From a virus: a stretch of 64,000 bases of DNA. The notes below the pieces were generated by a model, which searched no databases, was not told where the DNA came from, and saw only the letters and a list, made by a program, of their open reading frames with translations. The DNA is taken from positions 1 through 64,000 of IMG/VR virus record IMGVR_UViG_3300042923_001201, one strand, 5' to 3'. Both the position numbers and the translations under genes were made by a program. This document shows, in pieces, positions 1-8,069 of the stretch. Each line of letters begins with the position of its first letter. Position 1 is the stretch's first letter.

Positions 1-62
1 ATTTGATATATACATCATATCACACTCAACAGACTTTGTAAATAATAAACTTTCGACAATTT

Positions 63-1303
63 GTTGCATTGGGGCAACTTTTAATGACGCAACCACCAAG
101 GTGGGCCCTAAGGGGCGGTCGCGTGAAATGATTGCCTTTGTTGTAAAATTACCTTTGATGTATTTGCATCATTTCGATTAATTTCATTATAACACAGTCC
201 TACAATAATGTAAACTAATATTTTGAGAGAGGAAGACGTACAATCATACACAAGAGAGGACCTCGTGGGTTTTAAACAGGATGTGTGATTTTGGGAACTA
301 ACCATATAAAATTAAAACCCAATCATAAGATTGGGTCAATGTCAACTATTATTTCATTACACTTCCTCTTCATCATTCAAAAATTGCAACATGAATTTTG
401 ATACATGAACCGAACCTTTGATCTCCCTTTTAAACTTATCATTAACAAAGATTTCGATTTTATCAAAATCATATGAAAGCTTAATTTCGACTTCCTGATT
501 CCCTTTGATATAGGCTACTGAATAATATGTGTCCTGATCCTCTTCAATCACTGTTTCAAAACCCTTACTAAACAAAATCGCTCTTAATAAAAATTATGCA
601 TTTTCATTCAAGATTATCACTCCATTTCGTATTTGATAAATCAATTATATCATGAAAATGAGCAGTTGTACATAGATAATTGCTTATTTTTCGTCCTTTT
701 TCTAAGCTCTTTTTATTTAAAGGACATACAATTATACACGGACCTTTGCTAGACAAGGACATGTAACTACTTATTACATATCCTTTTTAAAGGGCTTTTT
801 ATAATTTAAATCGCATCGTTATATATAGGAGAGTGTATAATGAGGACGTGTAATTGTCTAAACGATATATTCAATACGACAATACCATATGCCTATAATA
901 TCAGTATGATAATATCAACTTGTCTGATTTCAAACACTACTTGTACTTGATAATAACACACTGATAATAACAACAACTCTATATAACATACTGATACAAT
1001 CACATTGATATTATCAGCTAACATATTAATACATTAATAATATCATACTGAATATAAAGGTCTGATATTATTATAATGATAATAACATAATGATAATAAT
1101 AATAACGCACCATCAGTCTGTTGTACGAATGTAAAACTGTTGCACTCTAACACTGTTGCACAAAGGCAACTCTTTTGTCTTGCTCAAAAACTTTTTAAGT
1201 GCTGCAATATTTGTGCGTGGTGGAAAAAATTGCTGACCAAGGACAAATTGTTGCACTTAGGAAACACTTTTGAACTGATGCAATGCTATTGCACTGCTGC
1301 AAC
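63..1303. repeat. Repeat-rich, mostly non-coding region (candidate origin and/or packaging-site region)
   Basis: Imperfect palindrome GTTGC-N6-GCAAC at 63, 1155, 1250 and 1288 (degenerate at 1120, 1139). Co-oriented ARGAYRTRYRAY repeats at 233, 278, 721, 756 and 843. AT-rich TGATAATAA tract at ~890-1105. Confidence 0.55.
357..575 (-). CDS. hypothetical protein
   Basis: ORF track; the true start is probably slightly upstream, near a GGAGTG RBS at ~625. Confidence 0.55.
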   Translation of the reverse strand: MFSKGFETVIEEDQDTYYSVAYIKGNQEVEIKLSYDFDKIEIFVNDKFKREIKGSVHVSKFMLQFLNDEEEV

Positions 1304-1445
1304 TCTTGTCAGCTGACCACATACGCCCATCAGCTCCAGCTAAAAGGAGGAACGTGCGCATGATAACTTATGCACATTGCTACACTCTTCCAGTACCAAT
1401 TGAATCTAGAGCTGTTGAAATTTTAAAGCAAAAAAATAAGGCTTT

Positions 1446-1571
1446 TCAGCCTTTTATTAACTTATTTTTCAATTTTGTGTTTTCATAAGCCATTTTACAT
1501 AAATGACTACAAAAGATTTTATTATCGTGGTTTATTTTTCCTTCTCGATTACAAATATTACACTTCACCAT
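1446..1571 (-). CDS. small Zn-finger protein (CxxC...FCSxxC), 41 aa
   Basis: Translated by hand: MVKCNICNREGKINHDNKIFCSHLCKMAY...; sigmaA-like promoter upstream. Confidence 0.55.
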   Translation of the reverse strand: MVKCNICNREGKINHDNKIFCSHLCKMAYENTKLKNKLIKG

Positions 1572-1651
1572 TTTCCCCATCACCTTTTATTTTTATTATA
1601 TCATAGAATTGTAAAATAGTAAATAGTAAAAAAATAGGACCCCGTAGGATC

Positions 1652-1846
1652 CTACTGTAACATTTTTAAAAAGTTTGACATAACTTTATCTTTAACTTCA
1701 TTTCGTCCTTTATTATAAGCAAATTCAATTGCATAAATAATCCTTTGCGCATCCTCAGCAGTATCAAGAGTACCACCCAAAATATCTTTGCCTTGTTCAT
1801 TTACCAATCTAAATCTATCTCCTACTCTTACCCTTGAAATTAACAT
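1652..1846 (-). CDS. hypothetical protein
   Basis: ORF with GGAGTG RBS in a leftward operon. Confidence 0.6.
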   Translation of the reverse strand: MLISRVRVGDRFRLVNEQGKDILGGTLDTAEDAQRIIYAIEFAYNKGRNEVKDKVMSNFLKMLQ

Positions 1847-1852
1847 TAAATA

Positions 1853-2113
1853 TCACTCCTTAACTTTAATTGTTTGAAATACCAAAGCAAATCTTCCAAT
1901 GTAAATTCCTGTTCTTGTGTCGCCATCTTTGTCTTTCTTTCTAAACTCAGCACTTGCAAACTTAATCTTTTCATCTTCTGTATTCCATACTTCACCTTTT
2001 TCCCCGACACCTAGTGCAAACATTCTTCCTTTAACTTTTCCGTGATAACTTAATGAAGTATAATGAGTACCTCTGAACTTTCGTGAGTCAAAAATTAAAT
2101 TACCTATTCTCAT
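1853..2113 (-). CDS. hypothetical protein
   Basis: ORF with GGAGG RBS, abutting its neighbour. Confidence 0.65.
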   Translation of the reverse strand: MRIGNLIFDSRKFRGTHYTSLSYHGKVKGRMFALGVGEKGEVWNTEDEKIKFASAEFRKKDKDGDTRTGIYIGRFALVFQTIKVKE

Positions 2114-2320
2114 TTACTTACCTCCATATTTTAATTTTAATCTTTCATATTCTGATCTTTTAATTTCTTCTAAAGATTTTGTTTTATAAGCATAAGACAT
2201 GTCAGCCTTAGTATAGCAAGTAGGACAACTAACCATAATTGGACCTTTAAATATTTTCCTATCAGGTACAAATATTTTACCTAATGTACCACAGCCTAGA
2301 CACATCCTACTTATAATCAT
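2114..2320 (-). CDS. Zn-ribbon protein (CxxC...CxxC)
   Basis: CLGC and CPTC motifs. Confidence 0.6.
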   Translation of the reverse strand: MIISRMCLGCGTLGKIFVPDRKIFKGPIMVSCPTCYTKADMSYAYKTKSLEEIKRSEYERLKLKYGGK

Positions 2321-2483
2321 TTTCGTTTATCCTTTCTTAATCGTCTTGTTTCTCTAACAAGTTCAATAATGACTCTTATAATTAATTTAGGTATGTGATA
2401 CCATTTAAACTCTAAGTTCATCAACTTTACCTCAACTCCTTAAAATAAAAGCTAGAGTACCAATTGGACTCCAGCTTGTTTAA

Positions 2484-2696
2484 TTAAAAAAATCTTTTAT
2501 CTACTTCTACCCAACTAGATTGTTCAAAATATTCTTCTACTTCTCTTAAGTCATATTCTGTACTCCTGATCCCGGATTGTCCACCACGCCAACAAATCAT
2601 AACTTTGTTATTGTTCCAAAATTCAGCTTTATACACAGTTCGACCATCAACAGGGTTTTCTTCATTTACGGCTCCTATTACAAAATATTTTTCCAT
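2484..2696 (-). CDS. hypothetical protein
   Basis: ORF directly downstream of YqeY. Confidence 0.6.
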   Translation of the reverse strand: MEKYFVIGAVNEENPVDGRTVYKAEFWNNNKVMICWRGGQSGIRSTEYDLREVEEYFEQSSWVEVDKRFF

Positions 2697-2697
2697 A

Positions 2698-3147
2698 TTA
2701 GTTCACCTTAATAGCTTCAGCAACAATTTCTTTAATTACACTTCCATCAGCCTTACCTTTTAGCATAGGTGATACAATTTTCATAACTGAACCAATATTA
2801 ACAGGAACTGTATTTATTTTAAGGAACTCAATCGTCCCATCTACAATTGCCTTAACGTCATCTTTAGACATTGGTTTAGGCAAATAAGATGCAATCAAAT
2901 TTTCACTTTCTAGCAGTTGTGCAATTTTTTCACCATTTTGAACCTTATAGAAAGCATCAAACTCTTCCTTCAGTTCAGATTTAAACTTTTGACCAATTTC
3001 AACAATTTCAGAATCAGTAAGATCACGCTTTAGATCTTTAGCCTTGCCTTGAATACGGCTAATAAACATGCGTAGAGTGGAAACTGTATTTTTATCCTTA
3101 TTTCTCATTGCCTGTTTCATGTCTTCTTGAATTTTGTTCAACATCAT
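2698..3147 (-). CDS. yqeY: GatB/YqeY domain protein
   Basis: LNKIQEDMKQAMRNKDK..STLRM, YLPKPMS, IGSVMK..LKGKADGS signature; start reassigned to the ATG behind GAGGAG. Confidence 0.85.
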   Translation of the reverse strand: MMLNKIQEDMKQAMRNKDKNTVSTLRMFISRIQGKAKDLKRDLTDSEIVEIGQKFKSELKEEFDAFYKVQNGEKIAQLLESENLIASYLPKPMSKDDVKAIVDGTIEFLKINTVPVNIGSVMKIVSPMLKGKADGSVIKEIVAEAIKVN

Positions 3148-3157
3148 TATCTCTCCT

Positions 3158-3316
3158 CTATATAAAATAGACTGCAATCGTAAACAAAATAGAAATAAAT
3201 GACAAAGAAGCAAATATAGGAGTTAAATTAAACATTTTTGACTTTACAGGAAATCCACATGAAAGACCTGTCATAAATGATAAGAACAATGATAAAAATG
3301 AAAATAAAGAAAACAT
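3158..3316 (-). CDS. small membrane protein, 52 aa
   Basis: MFSLFSFLSLFLSF...ISILFTIAVYFI, two hydrophobic segments; AAAGGA RBS. Confidence 0.5.
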   Translation of the reverse strand: MFSLFSFLSLFLSFMTGLSCGFPVKSKMFNLTPIFASLSFISILFTIAVYFI

Positions 3317-3347
3317 ATTATCATCCTTTCTTTAATATTTAAAACAA

Positions 3348-3448
3348 AGCGGAAGTGAGGATTCGAACCTCAAACTCTTTCCTCTTATCGGAGGCTTATC
3401 TCATAGAGACCCTGGAAGGGGCGTGTTTTACCATTAAACTACTGCCGC
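3348..3448 (-). tRNA. tRNA-Gly(TCC)-like RNA with a ~30-nt insertion after the anticodon arm
   Basis: GCGGCAG-TA-GTTT-AATGGTA-AAAC...CTTCCAG...TGAGG-TTCGAAT-CCTCA-CTTCCGC-T. D arm, T arm and U73 are Gly-like; the anticodon stem is imperfect; no CCA. Confidence 0.65.
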
Positions 3449-3454
3449 AAGATA

Positions 3455-3561
3455 TTAATTCAACTTGTTGTGGTTGCGAACCTTCAATCAGTCATACTAG
3501 AAAATATGTCGAGTCGCTACACCCTACCTTTAACAATTTCATGACTGCCAAGTTGAATCAA
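3455..3561 (-). ncRNA. putative structured RNA (rod-like, 13-bp terminal stem, T-loop-like hairpin)
   Basis: TTGATTCAACTTG/CAAGTTGAATTAA terminal stem, inner CAGTCATG/TATGACTG stem, GG-TTCGCAA-CC; starts a few nt downstream of a TTTACG-17-TATAAT promoter. Confidence 0.5.
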
Positions 3562-3759
3562 CGTTATAATACATTATATATAATTTTTCTATTTGCGTAA
3601 ACCATAAATAGAATTATTTTTTGTCCTTAGGAACTACCTCAATAACCTTCTTATATCTTTTAACAACTACTTCGGGTTCCTCTGTTTCTTTTTCTTCATT
3701 CATCCATTCGGCGATAACATAGAGTAACCAACTGAGACATAGCAAATGTACAAATCCCA

Positions 3760-4224
3760 TCATTGGTAATCACTCAACCTTTCTTGAAAATTTTGTAAAC
3801 TCATACCTTTCTTTTTCTTTTTCTTGGTATAAGTGCCATATTCTTTATAAACAGTTTTTAACTCATAGGCCTCTGACGCATAATCAAAAAGACATGAGGC
3901 AATTTTTGTTACAGATGTATCATAATACACCGCAAAGTATGCTAACTTCTGCCACCAAATATTTGTCAGTCTTATACCCAAAACAGTTACAGCTTCGTCA
4001 TTCCTTCTCATAGTTAAGCTTTCTAATCTACTTGAAATTATTTCATGAATTAAAACATCACTTAAATCACCTAAGCACCTTACTATAAACTGTTCACCGA
4101 CAAACATCATAGAGAGATGATATTCAACACAAGAGAGCCTAAAGTTTTTCTTCCTACTTGAACTTATCCAAATTTTTACTGGAAACTTTTTGTCAACTCT
4201 TACCTGCGATATGATGCACCACAT
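3760..4224 (-). CDS. putative DNA-binding protein, possibly tandem ribbon-helix-helix
   Basis: Two strand-helix-helix-like repeats (FPVKIWISSSRKKNFR...; VLGIRLTNIWWQKLAYFA..TSVTKIASCLF). Confidence 0.45.
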   Translation of the reverse strand: MWCIISQVRVDKKFPVKIWISSSRKKNFRLSCVEYHLSMMFVGEQFIVRCLGDLSDVLIHEIISSRLESLTMRRNDEAVTVLGIRLTNIWWQKLAYFAVYYDTSVTKIASCLFDYASEAYELKTVYKEYGTYTKKKKKKGMSLQNFQERLSDYQ

Positions 4225-4303
4225 CCTCTCATAATACTCATTCTATATGCGCGTGTTTCCATTTCGTTTTATTATATGATTTTTTCATTAAAAATATACT
4301 AGG

Positions 4304-4413
4304 CCATTTCCGATGGTAAACCATGAAGGTGGTATAATGTTCCTTCTGGTACCATGGTCCATTATGGAAACGACCAAAATGGAACTATTTCCCAAATTGG
4401 CACCATGTTCCAT
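4304..4413. repeat. degenerate tandem 15-18-bp repeats (TGGNACYATKKYCC), candidate operator/centromere
   Basis: TGGTACCATGGTCC, TGGAAACGACC, TGGAACTATTTCCC and TGGCACCATGTTCC in tandem at the divergent transcription point. Confidence 0.45.
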
Positions 4414-4432
4414 AATTTATTTACCTGAGTAG

Positions 4433-4461
4433 TTTACAGTCTTAAATTTTCTATGTATAAT
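4433..4461 (+). promoter_or_regulatory. sigmaA-like promoter
   Basis: TTTACA-17 bp-TATAAT. Confidence 0.7.
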
Positions 4462-4473
4462 GTAACTATAACA

Positions 4474-4893
4474 GAAAAGTATTTGGTGAGAGTTGGAAGC
4501 TGAGTCTTAACACCGTTATCAAATAAAGACCAAGGTTAGCTGAGCCGATGCCGCAGTACCAGTCAGCAGTTGCACAGCAACTTCCACTAGGACAAGTGGG
4601 ATTTGTAGTTTGTGTGATGTGGTGGGTTTGGAGATCGTTCCCACATTAATAAAAAATGAACGGAGGACCTGAATTTGTAAATTCATTTGAGATTGTATTG
4701 GCCGGGGTGGTACAATCAAGAATTTACAAATTACCGGCTAGCTAGTGGTTAGTTATACTTATTTCTAGATACTACCTATACTGTAAAATGAATTGTAACC
4801 GTTACCGAACTAATCTGAAAGATTAGTGAGGAACCAAACTGAAAAGTTTGGTGAATGCCAGATAGAGTTTACGTACAATAAAATAAATATTTC
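4474..4893 (+). ncRNA. large structured RNA or structured 5' leader of unknown class
   Basis: No credible ORF. At least 7 hairpins, including a perfect 13-bp IR (4672-4684/4720-4732), pseudoknot-type pairing TGGCCGG/CCGGCTA, a GAAA-tetraloop stem (4833-4852) and 5'/3' end complementarity. Confidence 0.6.
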
Positions 4894-4920
4894 ATATTAA
4901 ACCAGCATGGAGGTGAACTT

Positions 4921-5025
4921 ATGGGAATTAATGACAGTGATGCAATAGGTGTGTTAACGGTACTTACTGGTATAGCTACATTTATATTTGGTTTAGGTTT
5001 TGTTGTAGGAGCACTCATTTTTTAA
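4921..5025 (+). CDS. 34-aa single-pass membrane peptide
   Basis: GGAGGTG RBS; MGINDSDAIGVLTVLTGIATFIFGLGFVVGALIF. Confidence 0.65.
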   Translation: MGINDSDAIGVLTVLTGIATFIFGLGFVVGALIF

Positions 5026-5044
5026 TGGGTGCTTTCTTTTTTTT
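5009..5044 (+). terminator. intrinsic terminator
   Basis: GAGCACTCATT/AATGGGTGCTT stem followed by a T run. Confidence 0.75.
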
Positions 5045-5061
5045 AAGAATTTGAGTAACTT

Positions 5062-5094
5062 GGTTTACAAAGTCTTACATTACTGACATATTAT
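5062..5094 (+). promoter_or_regulatory. putative late promoter GGTTTACA-17-CATATTAT
   Basis: The same motif recurs at 14095 and 21303, each directly after a terminator. Confidence 0.55.
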
Positions 5095-5133
5095 ATGTAA
5101 GGTAGAAAAGTACCTTACTGAGGAGGTATGAAC

Positions 5134-5289
5134 ATGAAAACTAAACTTTGTGATAGCTGTAATTCACCTATTATAAAGGTTAAAAAGGGTACTCGCGTAT
5201 CCATGGAATGTTCCTACTGTGGTAAGGTTAGCGAAAAGGGTGCAGAAATATCGGACTTTCTTCCAGAATACGCCGGTGATGATGAGTGA
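5134..5289 (+). CDS. small Zn-ribbon protein, 51 aa
   Basis: AGGAGG RBS; CDSC...CSYC; stop overlaps the HNH start. Confidence 0.65.
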   Translation: MKTKLCDSCNSPIIKVKKGTRVSMECSYCGKVSEKGAEISDFLPEYAGDDE

Positions 5290-5648
5290 GGAAAAAAATT
5301 TGCTCATGCGGTAAAATAATACCTGATAATGCTTCTTGTTTATGTAAAAGAGCTAAAAAGCGCGATTATATGAGAGAGTATCAGCGAAACGATAAAGATA
5401 ATCCTTTGAAAACCACAAAGTGGAAACATTTTAGAAATAATATCTTACGAAGAGATAAATACTTATGTCAAAGATGCTTATTTAAGTATGGAATTGTAAA
5501 TTCAAAAGATTTACAAGCTCATCACATCAAGTCCAGGAAAAATTATCCTGAACTAGTTTTTGATGTTAAGAATGTTATTTGTCTTTGCAGGACCTGTAAC
5601 CTTCAATTGGGCACAAAGGATGCTTTAGACTTTGAAGTTCGTAGATAG
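5286..5648 (+). CDS. terminase-associated HNH endonuclease (HK97 gp74-like)
   Basis: W..FR..IL.RD.YLCQRC...AHHIK...N.ICLCRTCN; directly upstream of the terminase genes. Confidence 0.85.
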   Translation: MRKKICSCGKIIPDNASCLCKRAKKRDYMREYQRNDKDNPLKTTKWKHFRNNILRRDKYLCQRCLFKYGIVNSKDLQAHHIKSRKNYPELVFDVKNVICLCRTCNLQLGTKDALDFEVRR

Positions 5649-5660
5649 AAGGTGCTCAAA

Positions 5661-5807
5661 ATGGAAATTACTCATGAAGAAGTATTTGAATATGTTTATA
5701 ATAATCTTATTAAAAGAGGCCTCGCTCCCTATAAAGACGACGTTGACGAAATTGTCGATGTATTTTTCGATCTTATGGAGGATTTGGGCATAGGTGAATC
5801 GGAATAA
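5661..5807 (+). CDS. YozD-like small acidic protein, 48 aa
   Basis: ITHEEVFEYVYNNLIKRGLAP...EIVDVFFDLM resembles B. subtilis YozD as recalled. Confidence 0.55.
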   Translation: MEITHEEVFEYVYNNLIKRGLAPYKDDVDEIVDVFFDLMEDLGIGESE

Positions 5808-5828
5808 ACAACCTGAGGAGGTTATTTA

Positions 5829-6332
5829 ATGGCTCGACAAAAGAAGCCAGCCTCATTAAAAGCAGGTAAATCTGAAACAAAAGAACAATTAGCAGTTCGT
5901 GAAGAAATTGAAAAGCAATTGTTAGGTGGAACCGACAAAATTGCAACTGTTCCATCTCATTTAAATGATTTGGCACAAGTATATTATCAATTTCTTGTTA
6001 ACGAACTTGAAATTGGTGGTCTTTTGTCAAATTTGGATATACCATTGCTTGAACAAACTGCAGACACACTTAGCAAGATAAGAGAATGTGACTCTGCATT
6101 GAATCAACAAGGGCTGGTATTATCAGGAGTGGACAGATACGGACATGATTATGCTAAGGAAAATCCGTATGTAAAGATTAAAATGGGTTACCTCAATCAG
6201 TTCAGGAACTTGGCCAACCAATTAGGTTTGTCGCCATCATCTCGTGCTGCATTAGCAAGCAAAAAGATTGATAAACAAGCTGAAGAGGAAGATCCATTGT
6301 TAAAGGTCTTGCGCGGAGAATCAATAGATTAA
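5829..6332 (+). CDS. terS: terminase small subunit (P27 family)
   Basis: MARQKKP..., P.HL, ENPY, QLGLSPSSRA motifs. Confidence 0.9.
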   Translation: MARQKKPASLKAGKSETKEQLAVREEIEKQLLGGTDKIATVPSHLNDLAQVYYQFLVNELEIGGLLSNLDIPLLEQTADTLSKIRECDSALNQQGLVLSGVDRYGHDYAKENPYVKIKMGYLNQFRNLANQLGLSPSSRAALASKKIDKQAEEEDPLLKVLRGESID

Positions 6333-6350
6333 GGGCTGAGGTGATAGGCA

Positions 6351-8054
6351 ATGGATATAAAAACTCACAAAGCCTACCAATATGCTGAAGCCGTCGTTAG
6401 TGGTAAAATCGCAACTAGTAAATACGTAAAAAAGCAGTGTCAAAAATTCTTCAAAGACCTTGAAGATCCTGATTGTAAATTCTTTATTGATGAAAAAGAC
6501 GTAGAGAAGATTACAATGCTAACGAAGTTGATTAATATGGCATCAGGACCTGCTGCAGGTAAACCCGCACATGACGCTTTAGCAGGCTTTCAATGGTTCT
6601 TTATAATTAATGCTTTGTGTTGGAAACATAAGACTAATTCGGAAAAAAGACGCTATGAGAAATCTGTATTGCTCATTGCCCGTAAATCAGGAAAATCATT
6701 CTTAGTGGGCCTTATCTTTATTATCCTACTATTAATTGAACCACAGTTTTCAGAATTTTACTCTGTTGCTCCTGACCGCGAACTTTCTTCAATTGTTAAA
6801 AAAGAGTTAGAGCAAATGATTTCATCGTCTCCTCTAATTTCAAAGCACTTTCAGACTACAAGAGCTGAAACAAGGTGCTTGGCAACAAAGAGTAAGTTTG
6901 TACCACTGGCAACATCTGAAAACCGAATGGATGGACGGAAAGCAAACGTATTCGTAGCCGACGAAGTCGGAGCACTAAGAAACAGATATCCAATTGATGC
7001 CATGCAATCATCTCAGATGAATATGATTAACCGTACTGGCATACTTATTTCAACAGCATATGAATCTTTAAATAACCCTATGACTGAAGAAATGGAATAT
7101 TGTGAAAAAGTTCTTGATGGAATTATTGACGATGAGGAAACATTTGCCTTACTTTATAAACCAGATGATAGTAAAGATTGGTTGAGTGATAAATCACTTA
7201 TCGAAGCAAATCCACTTATTGTTGACGTTCCTGAGAACTATGATTATCTTGTTAAGCAACGTAAAACAGCAATAGAAATGCCTGGTTCTAAAAAGAACTT
7301 TTTAACAAAGCATATGAACATATTCGTTGATGGAGACGATTCAGAAGTATATGTCTCAACCGACGATTTAAGAAAGTGTAAAATTGATAGTTTCGATTGG
7401 CGTGGCAAAGCCGTATATCTCGGCCTTGACTTGTCGCTTTCAAACGATAATACAGCTGTTAATATGACTCATTATGATTTTGAAACTAAAACATTTTATG
7501 CAAAGACTTGGGCGTTTATACCAAATGAAGGTGTAGACAATAAGTCAAAAATTGAAAAAATTGATTATAGAATGATGGCCGAAAATAAATACGCCTTCCT
7601 CTGCGGTGATCGGATTATTAGTTATAAGTTCGTTGAGGACTTTATACTTAAACTCGAAGAAGCATATGGTGTAAATATCAAAGGCATTGGCTATGATAAG
7701 TATAACGCTGTTTCATCTGTAAATAGATTGGCAGAAGAAGGAAACTATGATGTAATTGAGATTAAGCAACACTCAGGCACATTGCATCCTGCTACAAAAC
7801 TTCTTAAAGAGTCTATTCTTGAAGAAAAATTTGCGTATGAACAAAACAGACTATACGAAATCAACTTTTCAAACGCTCGTGAAGTTAGGGATACTAACCT
7901 TAACAGTTATATAAATAAGAAAAAATCAACAGGTAAAGTCGATATGGTCGCGGCAACAATAAACTCGATAGTACTTTGGATTCAAGAGATTGAAGAAGGT
8001 ACGAGTGTTTATGATAGAGATAGTCGCGAAGAAGAGGCCTTTATCTTCCTATAA
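6351..8054 (+). CDS. terL: terminase large subunit
   Basis: Walker A IARKSGKS, Walker B FVADE, nuclease GLDLS...D and KVDMVAA. Confidence 0.95.
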   Translation: MDIKTHKAYQYAEAVVSGKIATSKYVKKQCQKFFKDLEDPDCKFFIDEKDVEKITMLTKLINMASGPAAGKPAHDALAGFQWFFIINALCWKHKTNSEKRRYEKSVLLIARKSGKSFLVGLIFIILLLIEPQFSEFYSVAPDRELSSIVKKELEQMISSSPLISKHFQTTRAETRCLATKSKFVPLATSENRMDGRKANVFVADEVGALRNRYPIDAMQSSQMNMINRTGILISTAYESLNNPMTEEMEYCEKVLDGIIDDEETFALLYKPDDSKDWLSDKSLIEANPLIVDVPENYDYLVKQRKTAIEMPGSKKNFLTKHMNIFVDGDDSEVYVSTDDLRKCKIDSFDWRGKAVYLGLDLSLSNDNTAVNMTHYDFETKTFYAKTWAFIPNEGVDNKSKIEKIDYRMMAENKYAFLCGDRIISYKFVEDFILKLEEAYGVNIKGIGYDKYNAVSSVNRLAEEGNYDVIEIKQHSGTLHPATKLLKESILEEKFAYEQNRLYEINFSNAREVRDTNLNSYINKKKSTGKVDMVAATINSIVLWIQEIEEGTSVYDRDSREEEAFIFL

Positions 8055-8069
8055 GAGAGGAGGAGAATT

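Noticed and set aside
4304-4413. CRISPR-like mini-array
   Set aside because: Units are short, degenerate and lack unique spacers; no cas genes.
4699-4742. RNase P-like P4 pairing (GGCCGGG / ACAAAUUACCGGCUA)
   Set aside because: The strands are only ~30 nt apart and the GAGGAAAGUCC motif is absent; the layout is incompatible with RNase P.
4809-4856. Hammerhead ribozyme (CTGAAAGA...GAAA)
   Set aside because: Does not match the CUGANGA core, and the GAAA lies in hairpin loops.
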